A stretch of 64,000 nt of DNA, taken from the NCBI GenBank assembly GCA_965248695.1, contig CBDFKD010000002.1:1504001-1568000 (forward strand), written 5' to 3'. Below, piece by piece: positions 29,526 to 39,982 of this stretch. How positions within the stretch are numbered: position 1 is the stretch's first letter; every line of letters begins with the position of its first letter. The translations under genes and the position numbers were made by a program. The notes under the pieces were generated by a model that was given only the letters and a program-made list of their open reading frames with translations, was not told the DNA's origin and made no database searches. The DNA is from Acidobacteriota bacterium (GTDB lineage Bacteria > Acidobacteriota > UBA890 > WLXD01).

Positions 29526-31241
29526 CTACTGGGCCGGAGGTAAGCCCTCCAGCGCTGGATGCTGTCGGTGGAAATCTGTGGCCTGCTGATAGGCATGCGC
29601 TAGCGCCAGGGCCTCGGAATCACGGTACAGGTTGCCGATGAAGGAGATGCTGACCGGCGTCCCGTCGTCTTCGAAACCGTTGGGCACCACGACGCACGGA
29701 TGTCCCGTCAGGTTGGTGGCTCCGACGACGCCCTTGCGGAACGACGGCGCCACCACTACGTCGAAGCCGCGCATGGCCTCGGCGAACTGCTGCATGTACA
29801 GGGTGCGCGCCCGATTCGCCTGGATGTACTCGACCGCCGGTATCATTCGGGCGGTGCGGAACGAGTTAGGCCACGAGCGTGGAGTTTGCCGTGTGAGCTC
29901 ATCGTCGCGCCCGCTGCGGGTCAGCTCGTCGAACGCCGCCGCCGCCTCCGCCATGAGTACGAAGCCGATCGCCTCGATCGGGAAATCGGGCATCTGCATG
30001 GGCTCCAGGTAGACACCGAGGTCCTCGCGGACGACCCGCAGCGTCTCGAGATCGAAGACTCGGTTTGCGTACTCTTCGTCCGCTTCGAACGCCGCCTCCA
30101 AGTAGCCGACCCGGAGCCCACGCGGATCGCGGTAGGCATCCCATGAGAACGGCAGATCGCGGGCGCTCGGGTCGATACCGTCGGCCCCGTGGATGGCGGC
30201 GAATACCAGGGCACAGTCTTCGACGCTACGGCACATGGGCCCGATCTTGTCCATGCTCCAGGAGAGTGCCATGGCACCGGCCCGGCTGACCCGTCCGAAC
30301 GTGGGTCGGAATCCCGATACGCCGTTGCGCGTGCTCGGCGAAACGATGCTGCCTCGCGTCTCGGTGCCAAGCGCAAAACCGACGCAGCCGGCAGCGGTAG
30401 CAGAACCTGGACCGGCCGACGACCCGCTAGAGCCCTCCTCCTGATTCCACGGGTTCCGAGTGCGCCCACCGAACCAGTAGTCCCCCATCGCTAGGGCGCC
30501 CATCGTCAGCTTGGCCACCAGCACGGCACCGGCCTCGTCGAGACGACGGACCACGGTGGCGTCCTCGGGCAGTACCTGCTCTCGATACGGAGCCGCCCCC
30601 CAAGTGGTCGGATACCCCTGCACGGCCAGCAGATCCTTGGCACCCCACGGGATCCCGTGCAGCGCGCCGCGATGATTGCCGGCCGCGATCTCGCGATCGG
30701 CAATCCGCGCCTGCCGGCGGGCGCGCTCGGCGGTGCGGGTGATACTGAACAACAGCGCCGGCTCGAATTGCTCCAGCCGCCGCAAGTAGATCTCCGTCAG
30801 CTCCCCCGAGCTCACCTTGCGACGACGCAACAGGCGCGCCAGCCGGGTGACCGGCATGAACGCCAGGTCGCCGTCATCGACGGGCCGCGCCACTCGCTGC
30901 CAGCGAGTGGGGCGCATTCGACTCGGTCCCTCGGGTGGCTCCGCGTCCACGCCCGGCATGTCAGGCTCGAAGCCCAGCGCCGGGGGCACCGTGTTGGGAA
31001 TCTCGATGCCGCGCAACGCTCGGTATGACTCGAGGTAGCGTCCAAGCCCGGACCGCATGGCTTCGCGCTCGTCCGGCGTCAGCTCCAGACCTGCGATCTG
31101 CTCGGCACTCTCGATCATGGCCGCTGTGATCGGCGACTCGGGCTCCTCCTGCACCACTTCCCAGAGCGATGCCGGTAGCCGCGTGCCGGCGACAGCTGTG
31201 CCGGCGAACAAGCCCACGAAGTGCCTGCGATCGAACATCAC
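29526..31241 (-). CDS. Amidase-signature enzyme with Tat signal
   Basis: DRRHF, GAKDL, GSSGSSAG, GTETRGSIVSP. Confidence 0.93.
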   Translation of the reverse strand: MMFDRRHFVGLFAGTAVAGTRLPASLWEVVQEEPESPITAAMIESAEQIAGLELTPDEREAMRSGLGRYLESYRALRGIEIPNTVPPALGFEPDMPGVDAEPPEGPSRMRPTRWQRVARPVDDGDLAFMPVTRLARLLRRRKVSSGELTEIYLRRLEQFEPALLFSITRTAERARRQARIADREIAAGNHRGALHGIPWGAKDLLAVQGYPTTWGAAPYREQVLPEDATVVRRLDEAGAVLVAKLTMGALAMGDYWFGGRTRNPWNQEEGSSGSSAGPGSATAAGCVGFALGTETRGSIVSPSTRNGVSGFRPTFGRVSRAGAMALSWSMDKIGPMCRSVEDCALVFAAIHGADGIDPSARDLPFSWDAYRDPRGLRVGYLEAAFEADEEYANRVFDLETLRVVREDLGVYLEPMQMPDFPIEAIGFVLMAEAAAAFDELTRSGRDDELTRQTPRSWPNSFRTARMIPAVEYIQANRARTLYMQQFAEAMRGFDVVVAPSFRKGVVGATNLTGHPCVVVPNGFEDDGTPVSISFIGNLYRDSEALALAHAYQQATDFHRQHPALEGLPPAQ

Positions 31242-32659
31242 TCCCCCTCCTCAGCTCGGAGCCGACGGCCGGATGTCAGCCAGACCGACACCGCGAATGC
31301 CACGGCGGATGCTAGCAGCCCGACGGAATTCGGATTCCAAAGCCCGGTGCTCGGGATCTCGACGACATATTTCGCCGTGACGTAGACCCCTACGCCGGCG
31401 ACGATGGCGGCGATCGCATCGCGGCTGCCGGCCCGGGCCCAGTACACCCCACCGACGATGGGAATGAAGAGGCTCATGGAGAGCAGCGAGTAAAAGATGG
31501 TGATCGACTCGATCACCGAGCCCAGCGCGATTGCCAGCAGAGTCGCCAGGATCCCACCGGCAGCGGCACCGTAGCGAGCAACCCTCAACACCCGACGCTC
31601 ACCGGCCTCCGGGTCCAGAAATCGCCGGTACAGATCCTCCGACAGCGACGTCGACAGCATGAAGAGCACGGCGTCCGCAGAGCTCACTTCGGCTGAGAAA
31701 ACGGCCGCGAGACCGAGCGTGCCGATGGCCAGCGGCAGTCCGACGGTCAGCACCACAGGCAAAGCCAGGTTGATCTCGTTGCCGGTAAGCGTCGGATCGT
31801 GGACCCGCGCCAGCATTCCGAACAGCGGCGGCACGGCCGCGAACACGAGCAACGCCAGCGCGCTCGCGCCGGCGCCGATCCGAACCGTACGCGCGCTCCG
31901 AGCTCCGTAGACCTTCTGCAGCAGCCCCGGCGACACCATGAACGAGGGAATCAGCAACGCCATGTAGTGCCAGCCGGAAGCGCCCCCCTGCGTCCAGCTG
32001 AAGAAGTCCGAGCTGTCCCCCGGCGCCGCGGCGACGATCGACGGCCACCCGCCGGCGGCGGTCATCGCGATCGGCAGCGCCAGCGCGAAGCCCGAGAGCA
32101 GAACGACGAGCTGCACCATGTTCACCCAGGCCGATGTCACCAGACCGCCAGCCGTGAAGTAGACGGTCACCAGGAGACCCCCGAGCACGCACCCGACGAC
32201 GGCCGGAACCTCGGCGACCGCATGCAACACGAACGCCACCGCCACCAGCTGTGCCGAGAGCGCCGTCAGGCTCGCGAACCACAGGAGCGTAGCGGTGACG
32301 CACCGGACGCCGGGCCCGTAGCGCCACTCGAGATAGTCGCCGACGGTCCGCAGGTCGTGCTCGCGCGCGTGGCTCCAGATCCTGGGACCGAGCGAACAGG
32401 ACATCAGCAGCGTACCGAGGCCCGCCGAGCCCACCCACCACCAGGCGCTCAGACCATCCCGGTATCCGAGGCTGGCGGCTCCCATTGTCGTACCGGCGCC
32501 GATGTTCGCCGCCAGGATGGTGGCGAACAGGAGCAGCGGCCCGAGCTCACGGCCGGCAACGAAGAACTGTCGGGCGCTGTCGACGCGGCGTCCGATCCAC
32601 ATTCCGAGGCCGATCAGTGCGGCCGAGTAGCCGATCAAGAGCAGCAGTTGGGCGCTCAC
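31238..32659 (-). CDS. Sodium:solute symporter (SSS) family
   Basis: FFVAGRELG, ANIGAG, GGLVTSAW, SAEVSSAD; GTG start; stop overlaps amidase start. Confidence 0.92.
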   Translation of the reverse strand: MSAQLLLLIGYSAALIGLGMWIGRRVDSARQFFVAGRELGPLLLFATILAANIGAGTTMGAASLGYRDGLSAWWWVGSAGLGTLLMSCSLGPRIWSHAREHDLRTVGDYLEWRYGPGVRCVTATLLWFASLTALSAQLVAVAFVLHAVAEVPAVVGCVLGGLLVTVYFTAGGLVTSAWVNMVQLVVLLSGFALALPIAMTAAGGWPSIVAAAPGDSSDFFSWTQGGASGWHYMALLIPSFMVSPGLLQKVYGARSARTVRIGAGASALALLVFAAVPPLFGMLARVHDPTLTGNEINLALPVVLTVGLPLAIGTLGLAAVFSAEVSSADAVLFMLSTSLSEDLYRRFLDPEAGERRVLRVARYGAAAGGILATLLAIALGSVIESITIFYSLLSMSLFIPIVGGVYWARAGSRDAIAAIVAGVGVYVTAKYVVEIPSTGLWNPNSVGLLASAVAFAVSVWLTSGRRLRAEEGE

Positions 32660-32774
32660 GCTGTCCCCTCGAGACGAGCCGGCGGCCCGGAGACACGATC
32701 TTCAGATCGTCATGGCCGCGATGGCGTCAAGCCTACTCCGCCGATCTGGCGGGCGTCCCAGGTGCGAGCGCTAG

Positions 32775-33055
32775 CGGCCTGTAACAGATGATCGTTGCCT
32801 ATCGTGGTGACGAAATGGGCCCGGATGTCAGGCGCTACGACGAGACGATGTTTGCCCATCTTCGAGGAGGAGCAACGGAACAGACGGGCCCAGTCCGCCA
32901 CTGTCTTCCGCATTGGCCTTCGGACAGGTGGGCAGTTGCGGGCGATATCGGCGTTGCGGCTCCTGGACGATGTCCCAGCATCGACTTCGTCGCCGCGCCT
33001 TGATCTCACCCGCAAATCCCACCTGCGATAGGCAACGATCATCTGTTACAGGCCA
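32775..33055. mobile_element. MITE (non-autonomous IS derivative), 281 bp
   Basis: Perfect 29-bp terminal inverted repeats GGCCTGTAACAGATGATCGTTGCCTATCG (32776-32804 and 33026-33054); CTAG at 32771-32774 and 33056-33059; no transposase. Confidence 0.88.
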
Positions 33056-34588
33056 CTAGAAGGACAGCTGGGCGCTCTTCTCGGCGTAGTGGTTCCAGCC
33101 GAACGCCTGCTTGATTGCCATCACGTAGTCGAACCCCTGCTCCGTACGCGGCGAGAGCGACCGATTGAACTCCGACGGCATCACCGCATGGCCCTCCCAT
33201 TCCTCATTCCAAGAGCCGACGCTGACGACTGGAACTACCCGGTTCAACCGGCCGGCGCCGAAAGCAGGCGACATGTAGTTGTCGGAATGGAACTCCAGCA
33301 TTTCTTGCAGGAACTCCCCGTAGTCCTTGCGGTTGGCGTGCAACGTCGGGACGTTCCGCTTCGAGAAGCCAGCCGCCAGGCTCGGCACTACGAACATCGG
33401 TCTGTCGGTGAACCGGCTGCGGTGCTCGAGGGCCCCGGCGTACGTGCCGAGAAGGACTTCCTTCACCTGCTCGACGTAACGGCTGCGCAGATTCTGGCCA
33501 CCACGCCGGATGAAGTCGCCGCTGCTGGCATGGTGGTAGTTGAACACCCCGTCGAAGTTGGCGCTGCGACGACGACGTCCCTCATCGAACCGATCGGTCT
33601 CGGCGAACGTCGTCTCCTCGCCGAGGACGAACGGAGCCTGCCCGTAAACCTTCTCGAATGTCTTGATAGCGTTCTCCATCGCCTCGTCGATGCGGTCGTA
33701 CTGCGGTCCCGTTCCATCTACGTTGGTGCCCCAGGTGTGACTGGCGTACGCGAATATCACCGGACGGCCATCGATGGTGAAGATTCGCGCCTTGCTGTTG
33801 TCGCGCAGGGCACGGAATGTCCGGGCCATGCCGCGGAAGTGGTCGATGAGCCGCTTACGGGTGCGAGCGTTCTCGAAGTTGCCGCGCTTGCCGGTCGGGA
33901 TCCGCAAGCTGATGAGGCTCTCGTACAGCAGTGCGGCGTGGCGCGTGCGGCCGTTGGCCGCGTTCATATACCCGAGTGTGAGGTTGTTGTTGAGGTTACG
34001 GTCCGCCGTCGGGTCCCCCCAGCTCAGCGCATCAACGGTAATGCCGAACTCGTTCTTCAGATCGTTGAACAGCGCCTCGGTGGCGGGATCACGAGAGGTA
34101 TAGTCGCCACCCTTGAACCAAACGTGGTGGTCCGTCGGCTTACGGGTCGGATGATTGAACCAGCCGTAGTGCCAGTTGACCGTGACCGGGCGCGGACGAC
34201 GGGCGCTGTCGTTGTCGCGTAGGTATTTGAGAGTGCGGGAGATTGCGGTCGCATCCTGCGCGTCGACTCGACCCCGCCCGAAGACATCGACGCGGTGGTC
34301 GTAGCCGGCGCGCGCGACAACGTCGAGACCCCGGCGGCTGTCGAGCGATCGTCGCGCAAGTTCAACGTCGGCTGACCCGACAACGCCGTTGCCGGTGACA
34401 TCGGCGACGAACGACGACAGCAACTTCGGCTGCGCAGCTGCGACATCGGCGAGGAGCGCCTCGCGAAGCGGCCAGCCCAGGGCGGCGATCGTGGCCAGGC
34501 GACCGCCGCGGCGCAAGAGTCGCCGCCGCGAAAGCTCATCGGTCTGGTCACCTGGGCAGCACTGCACTGGCTTCGTAGGGTCACGCAC
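33056..34588 (-). CDS. Tat-exported protein with dockerin-like repeats and GH99-like domain
   Basis: SRRRLL; DVTGNGVVGSAD and DVFGRGRVDAQD; WHYGWF, LSW, LLYE, GSWNEEWEGH. Confidence 0.65.
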   Translation of the reverse strand: MRDPTKPVQCCPGDQTDELSRRRLLRRGGRLATIAALGWPLREALLADVAAAQPKLLSSFVADVTGNGVVGSADVELARRSLDSRRGLDVVARAGYDHRVDVFGRGRVDAQDATAISRTLKYLRDNDSARRPRPVTVNWHYGWFNHPTRKPTDHHVWFKGGDYTSRDPATEALFNDLKNEFGITVDALSWGDPTADRNLNNNLTLGYMNAANGRTRHAALLYESLISLRIPTGKRGNFENARTRKRLIDHFRGMARTFRALRDNSKARIFTIDGRPVIFAYASHTWGTNVDGTGPQYDRIDEAMENAIKTFEKVYGQAPFVLGEETTFAETDRFDEGRRRRSANFDGVFNYHHASSGDFIRRGGQNLRSRYVEQVKEVLLGTYAGALEHRSRFTDRPMFVVPSLAAGFSKRNVPTLHANRKDYGEFLQEMLEFHSDNYMSPAFGAGRLNRVVPVVSVGSWNEEWEGHAVMPSEFNRSLSPRTEQGFDYVMAIKQAFGWNHYAEKSAQLSF

Positions 34589-34754
34589 GAGGGGCTCCTT
34601 GGTCGCTTACCTAAAAGCTAGGAAAACGGGCGCAGCGGCGGCAACGTCGATCGCCTCCACCGACGCCAGTCGCCGGACATCCGCGGCGCCGAACGCGCAC
34701 CGCTGGACGCGAGGCCTCGGCGCTCGTAGATAACGATTCGATCCCGCATCCCTC

Positions 34755-34855
34755 TGTGGATTAGTAGAACTTATTATTAGTTAGTAATAGTCTATTTTGA
34801 TTCTCTATGAGTTAGAAAGACTCACGGTGGATTCTTTTGATCTTTGAATTATGTC
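34755..34855. promoter_or_regulatory. AT-rich tract between divergent genes
   Basis: 25 G+C in 90 nt (34761-34850) in a GC-rich background. Confidence 0.5.
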
Positions 34856-34987
34856 CAAACTGGTCGATACGCGTTCCGTGGTCGCCTCCACGAGCATCCC
34901 GGCATCGGCTGGCGGCGGATCGGCATCAGCCGGTAGTCTCTCCACCTTCTACAAAGAGCTTTCAACGTCCATTCTGGAGGGACAACG

Positions 34988-37900
34988 GTGCAAACTCCCC
35001 GATCGACAGCACCCCCCGAGAGCAAGACCGGAGGCGCCACTCTACTCGTTGCGGTCGGCGTGCTAGCGCTCGTCGCCACAACGGCCGGGGTCGGCGCGGC
35101 GCAAGAGGGCAGCGCGGTGGCCGAGGCGCTCGCAGCGATGAGCTGGCGCTCGATCGGTCCGGCCAACATGGGCGGCCGCGTGACCGACATTCTCGGAGTG
35201 CCCGGCGACCCGACCACATTCTGGTTCGGCGCGGCCGACGGCGGCTTGTGGAAGACAAGCAATGCCGGCACCACGTTCGAAGGACAGTGGCAGGATGAGC
35301 AAGCCTATTCGGTGGGCGCCGTGGCACTGGCGCCGTCCGATCACAACGTCCTGTATCTGGGCTCGGGCGAAGGTGACCCACGCAACTCGGTGTCCTATGG
35401 ACTCGGCGTGTGGCGATCGACCGACGGTGGCGACAACTGGAGCCACCTCGGCCTCGACGATACCGAGCGCATCAAGCGCATTCGCGTCCATCCCGGCGAC
35501 CCGAACGTAGCCTACGTGTGTGCGCTTGGCCATGAGTGGGGCCCGAACGAGGAGCGCGGCGTCTTTCGCACCACCGACGGCGGCGCGAGCTGGGAAAAGG
35601 TGCTGTACGTCGACGAGGATACGGGCTGCTCCGACCTGGATATGGACCTGTCGAATCCGCGCATCCTCTACGCCGGAATGTGGACCTTCCGGCGCCTACC
35701 CTGGCGCTTCGACGACGGTGGCGGCGAGACTGGCCTGTACAAGTCGACCGACGGCGGCACCACCTGGAAGAAGATGAGCGTCGTCGACGAGCCGATGGCC
35801 CGCATCGGTGTCTCGGTGGCCCAGAGTCAGCCCGCTACCGTGTACGTGGTTACCGAGACACCGACGAAAGGAACCCTGTTTCGCTCCGACGACTACGGGT
35901 CCAGTTGGCGCATGGTTACCGCCGAGCGCAACATCAACTTCCGGCCGTTCTACTACAGCGACGTCCGCGCCGACCCGAGCGACCCGGATACCGTCTGGTC
36001 CCTTTCCGGTGGCCTGTTCAAATCCACCGACGGCGGGCGCAGCTTCGACAGCGTCGGTCGAGGAATCCACGGCGACCATCAGTCGTTGTGGATCGACCCG
36101 GCAAACGGCAACCACGTGCTGTCCGGATCGGACGGTGGCTATCAAGTGACCTTCGACGGTGGCTCGACCTGGACGGTGATGAAGAACGTCGTCCTGGCGC
36201 AGTACTACCAGATCTTCGTGGACGATCGCGATCCGTACTTCGTATGCGGCGGGTTGCAGGACAACGGCAACTGGTGCGGGCCCAGCCACACGACGAACGG
36301 CGGCTTCGGCGGTGGCGGCATTCGACAGGACGAGTGGTACACAGTGTCCGGAGGCGACGGGTTCTACGCCGTTCCCGTACCCGGCAAGCCCAACCTCGTC
36401 TACTCCAACGCCCAGGGCGGTTACCTGCGAATCACCGACACGACCTCGGGCCGCACGCAGTCCATCGAGCCCTACCCGCGCATGATCGGCTCCGCCGGCC
36501 AGGGCATGTTCCGGGCCAGGTATCGCTTCAACTGGGACGCCCCGATCCACATATCGCCGCACGCAGCCGGAACCGTGTACTGGGGCGGCAACGTGTTGTT
36601 CAAGAGCACCGACTACGGTCACTCGTGGGACGTCATCAGCCCGGACCTGTCGAACGACGAGCCCGACAAGCTGATCGACTCGGGCGGCGAGATCTATCTC
36701 GACAACACAGCCGCCGAATTTCACGCCACCATCCTCACCGTGCGCGAGTCGCCGGTGGAGGCCGGGGTGATCTGGGCCGGCACTGACGACGGCAACGTGC
36801 AGGTGACTCGTGACGGCGGCGACACATGGACGCTGATCAACGCCAACATCCCAAACCTGCCGACGGAGGCGTGGGTGTCGAAGATCGACACGTCGCATCA
36901 CGTTGGCGGGCGTGCGTTCATCAACGTCGACCAGCACCGCCTCGATGACTTCACCCCGCATGTGTGGCGTTGCGACGACTACGGCGCCGCCTGCGTCGAC
37001 CTCAGCGGCGGCCTCCCTCAGGACGACTACACCAAGGTCATCCGTGAGGATCCGCGCAACGAAAACCTGCTGTACGTCGGAATGGAGCGTGGGCTGTACG
37101 CCTCTTGGGACGGCGGCAACGAGTGGCACGATATCCGTCTGAACTTGCCGCGCGTGTCGGTGCGAGACATCAAGATCCAGCAGCAGTACAACGATCTCGT
37201 GATCGGCACCCACGGCCGCGGTGCCTGGATCCTCGACGACATCGCGCCGCTGCAGGGGCTACCCGACTCGCTGTTCGAGGAGCTGCACGTGTTCCCGATG
37301 CGTACCGCAACCCTCTGGCAGCAGTGGAACCGGGACGCGTCACAGGGTCACGGCAACTTCGTCGGCGAGAATCCCGCTGCCGGCGCCTACGTCAACTTCT
37401 GGCTCGACGAGGCGCCCGAAGACCCGGTCGAGATCCGCATCACCGCCACTGATGGCGCCGTCGTGCGGGAGATCACCCACGACGACGCCCAGGCCGGCGT
37501 CAACCGCGCCATCTGGACCCTGCGTCATCAGGGTCCGCGTCCGTCGCGCGACGCCCAAGGTGGTGGCTTCTTCCGTCGGCTCGCCAACTTCGGCGCGCCG
37601 GCATTGCCGGGCGACTACACCGCTACGGTGATCGTCGGCGATACTGAGAAGAGTGTCGATTTCGACCTGCGTTGGGACCCGCGCAACTCCCTCACAAGCG
37701 ATCAGATCAGGGCGCAGCACGACACCGCCCAGCAACTCGTCGACCTGACTTCCGAGGCCAACGATCTCGTGGACACGGTTACCGAGCTGTCGGAGCAGCT
37801 GGTCGATCTGCAATCGAACGTCGAGCGCGCCAGCATCGAAGACCTCGAGCAAGTCCAGGAGCAGATCGGCACCGCAATTGACGAGCTGGCCGAGCTCGAC

Positions 37901-38176
37901 AACAAGCTGCGGCGGCCACCCCCGAACATGGGCTTCCGACAGTACCCGCGACTGCGGGAGGAGGTTCGCAGCCTGATGTTCGGCGTCTCCGGAACCCAGG
38001 GCGAACCCACCGAAGGTCAGCTTGCCGTGGTGGCAGAGCTCCAGTCGGACGCCGTAGCGCTGCGCGACGAGCTTGACGGAATCATCAGCGGCACGTTGGC
38101 TCAGCTCAACGCGATGCTCGGCAGTCTTCCGGCGATCCTCGTACCGACCGGCGATTCCGGGGGCGGTCAGGAGTAG
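34988..38176 (+). CDS. Secreted VPS10/BNR-repeat (sortilin-like) putative glycosyl hydrolase
   Basis: WRSIGPANMGGRV, repeated STDGGxxW Asp-boxes, GGLQDNG, THGRG. Confidence 0.9.
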   Translation: MQTPRSTAPPESKTGGATLLVAVGVLALVATTAGVGAAQEGSAVAEALAAMSWRSIGPANMGGRVTDILGVPGDPTTFWFGAADGGLWKTSNAGTTFEGQWQDEQAYSVGAVALAPSDHNVLYLGSGEGDPRNSVSYGLGVWRSTDGGDNWSHLGLDDTERIKRIRVHPGDPNVAYVCALGHEWGPNEERGVFRTTDGGASWEKVLYVDEDTGCSDLDMDLSNPRILYAGMWTFRRLPWRFDDGGGETGLYKSTDGGTTWKKMSVVDEPMARIGVSVAQSQPATVYVVTETPTKGTLFRSDDYGSSWRMVTAERNINFRPFYYSDVRADPSDPDTVWSLSGGLFKSTDGGRSFDSVGRGIHGDHQSLWIDPANGNHVLSGSDGGYQVTFDGGSTWTVMKNVVLAQYYQIFVDDRDPYFVCGGLQDNGNWCGPSHTTNGGFGGGGIRQDEWYTVSGGDGFYAVPVPGKPNLVYSNAQGGYLRITDTTSGRTQSIEPYPRMIGSAGQGMFRARYRFNWDAPIHISPHAAGTVYWGGNVLFKSTDYGHSWDVISPDLSNDEPDKLIDSGGEIYLDNTAAEFHATILTVRESPVEAGVIWAGTDDGNVQVTRDGGDTWTLINANIPNLPTEAWVSKIDTSHHVGGRAFINVDQHRLDDFTPHVWRCDDYGAACVDLSGGLPQDDYTKVIREDPRNENLLYVGMERGLYASWDGGNEWHDIRLNLPRVSVRDIKIQQQYNDLVIGTHGRGAWILDDIAPLQGLPDSLFEELHVFPMRTATLWQQWNRDASQGHGNFVGENPAAGAYVNFWLDEAPEDPVEIRITATDGAVVREITHDDAQAGVNRAIWTLRHQGPRPSRDAQGGGFFRRLANFGAPALPGDYTATVIVGDTEKSVDFDLRWDPRNSLTSDQIRAQHDTAQQLVDLTSEANDLVDTVTELSEQLVDLQSNVERASIEDLEQVQEQIGTAIDELAELDNKLRRPPPNMGFRQYPRLREEVRSLMFGVSGTQGEPTEGQLAVVAELQSDAVALRDELDGIISGTLAQLNAMLGSLPAILVPTGDSGGGQE

Positions 38177-38192
38177 CCCGACGCGAGGCTCG

Positions 38193-39926
38193 ATGGTTCG
38201 CACGCTCGCACTGCTGCTGCTGACGGCGTCAGCTGCCGGTCAGCTGTCTGCCCAGGACCCGCAGAGCTTCCGCACCGGCGTCTACCTGACGCGCATCAAG
38301 GTGGCGGTGCTCGACGACGACGGCGCGCCCGTCGCCGGTCTCCGGACCCACGAGTTCCAGCTCTTCGAGGACGGGGTGGAGCAGGACATCCAGCTGGTGC
38401 TCGCGCCCCGCGACGCGCCCTTGGACCTTGCGCTGGTGCTCGATTTCAGCGCCAGCGTGGCAAACGAATGGCCGGACCCGAAGCCACGCGAGGCGGTGCA
38501 CTCGTTGCTCGAGGCCCTGGAACCCGAGGATTGTGTCTTGCTCATGCCGTTCCACTCGGCAGTCGGGCCCGCCCGTTGGGGCTCACCTCGCGACCAGCTC
38601 CTGCGGCGCATCATCGACACCATCCCCTACGGCTCGGAGACCCGTTTGTACGACGCCATCCAGGCGGCCTCGCGTGGCCTCCAGCGGCGCCGCGACAACG
38701 ACGTTGCCGACGACATGGTGAACGAGCGCCCGAGCTGCACCGAACCGCTGACCGCAGCACAAGCCGACGGCCGCCGCGCCGCCATTGTGGTGCTGTCGGA
38801 CGGCGAGGACACCGGCGGCAGCACTCAATACGCCGACGTCCTCTTGGCCACGCTTCAGACCGAGATGCCGATCTTCCCGGTCGCGGTCGGAATGGCATCC
38901 GGGCGCCCGGCGCCCAGTCGCTTCCGCGATTTCGCCGACTACCGGCGTGAGCGTATCTACGTCGATGCCTTACAGCGGCAGCTCGCCGAGCTGGCGCGCG
39001 TCTCCGGTGGACAGCTGGTGACGCAACGCGACATCCGCGACGGCTACGACGAGGTGCTAGCGCTCGTGCGCGGCTACTACGTCCTCGCCTACCCGAGTCC
39101 GACGCCGATGAGCGAGGGCTGGCACGAGGTAGAGGTCAAGGTCGCAGGCGCCCGGCCCGTGGTGCAGCCGGGCGTCTTCCGGACCTCCATCGACTACGCC
39201 AGTGTCCGATCGCTATTGCGACAGGCCTCGAAGCTGCTTCCCGACGAACCCGCGAAGGCGCTGGCGATATTCCGGTCCGCTGCCGCAATCGATGCGCAGC
39301 TGAGCTCGCCGCACATGGGTCGTGGTGTCGTTCTCGAGCGCGCCGGGCTGTGGCCCGGAGCCCGTCAGGCATACGAGCAGGCGCTCGATCTGACTCCGGG
39401 CTCCGGCGAGCTGCACTCGCGCATCGCCCACGTCGCCTATCAGCTGATGGATTACCCGGCCGCTTGGAATCACGCCATCCGTGCACGGCGCGCGGGAGTA
39501 CCCACCGAAGAGGTCCTCGATCGACTGCGCCGTGCATCGGACCCACCAGACGGACTCGTCGCTTTGAACGCCGGACCTGTGGTGGAGCTTCTCAAACCGA
39601 TGGTCCCGGACCTGCAGGCGCAGCTGTCGTTGCGCGACGCACACCGCCGTGTAGCCCGCCTGCTGGAGCGCCAACCCACGATTGCGCTGGCGCGCCATCC
39701 TGCGCTCGTCGACTTCGTCGTCTGGCCCGAGCTGCGCGAGCTCGGCGACGGGGCGCGCCAGCGACTCGATCTTCGGCTTCGAGCTGTGAGCAACTGGCGC
39801 GAGATCGAACGCCAGGAGCGCATCCGCGTCGATGACATCAACGACCCGGACGCCCTCGACGCCGCGACTTCGGAGGCAGTAGCGAAACTGGCCGCCTGGA
39901 TCGTGAAGCAGCACGCCGATCGGTGA
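38193..39926 (+). CDS. VWA-domain protein with TPR repeats
   Basis: Signal peptide, FEDGVEQ, LDFSAS MIDAS, TRLYDA, LSDGED, YVLAY, helical TPR-like C-part. Confidence 0.85.
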   Translation: MVRTLALLLLTASAAGQLSAQDPQSFRTGVYLTRIKVAVLDDDGAPVAGLRTHEFQLFEDGVEQDIQLVLAPRDAPLDLALVLDFSASVANEWPDPKPREAVHSLLEALEPEDCVLLMPFHSAVGPARWGSPRDQLLRRIIDTIPYGSETRLYDAIQAASRGLQRRRDNDVADDMVNERPSCTEPLTAAQADGRRAAIVVLSDGEDTGGSTQYADVLLATLQTEMPIFPVAVGMASGRPAPSRFRDFADYRRERIYVDALQRQLAELARVSGGQLVTQRDIRDGYDEVLALVRGYYVLAYPSPTPMSEGWHEVEVKVAGARPVVQPGVFRTSIDYASVRSLLRQASKLLPDEPAKALAIFRSAAAIDAQLSSPHMGRGVVLERAGLWPGARQAYEQALDLTPGSGELHSRIAHVAYQLMDYPAAWNHAIRARRAGVPTEEVLDRLRRASDPPDGLVALNAGPVVELLKPMVPDLQAQLSLRDAHRRVARLLERQPTIALARHPALVDFVVWPELRELGDGARQRLDLRLRAVSNWREIERQERIRVDDINDPDALDAATSEAVAKLAAWIVKQHADR

Positions 39927-39982
39927 GGCGGAGCCTTGATCGCCTCGTGGTTCAATCGCGCCGTCGTGCTGTCGCGTTGCTG

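Noticed and set aside
32710-33042. Short ORFs beginning MIVAYR on both strands
   Set aside because: Mirror products of the MITE inverted repeats with no protein motifs.
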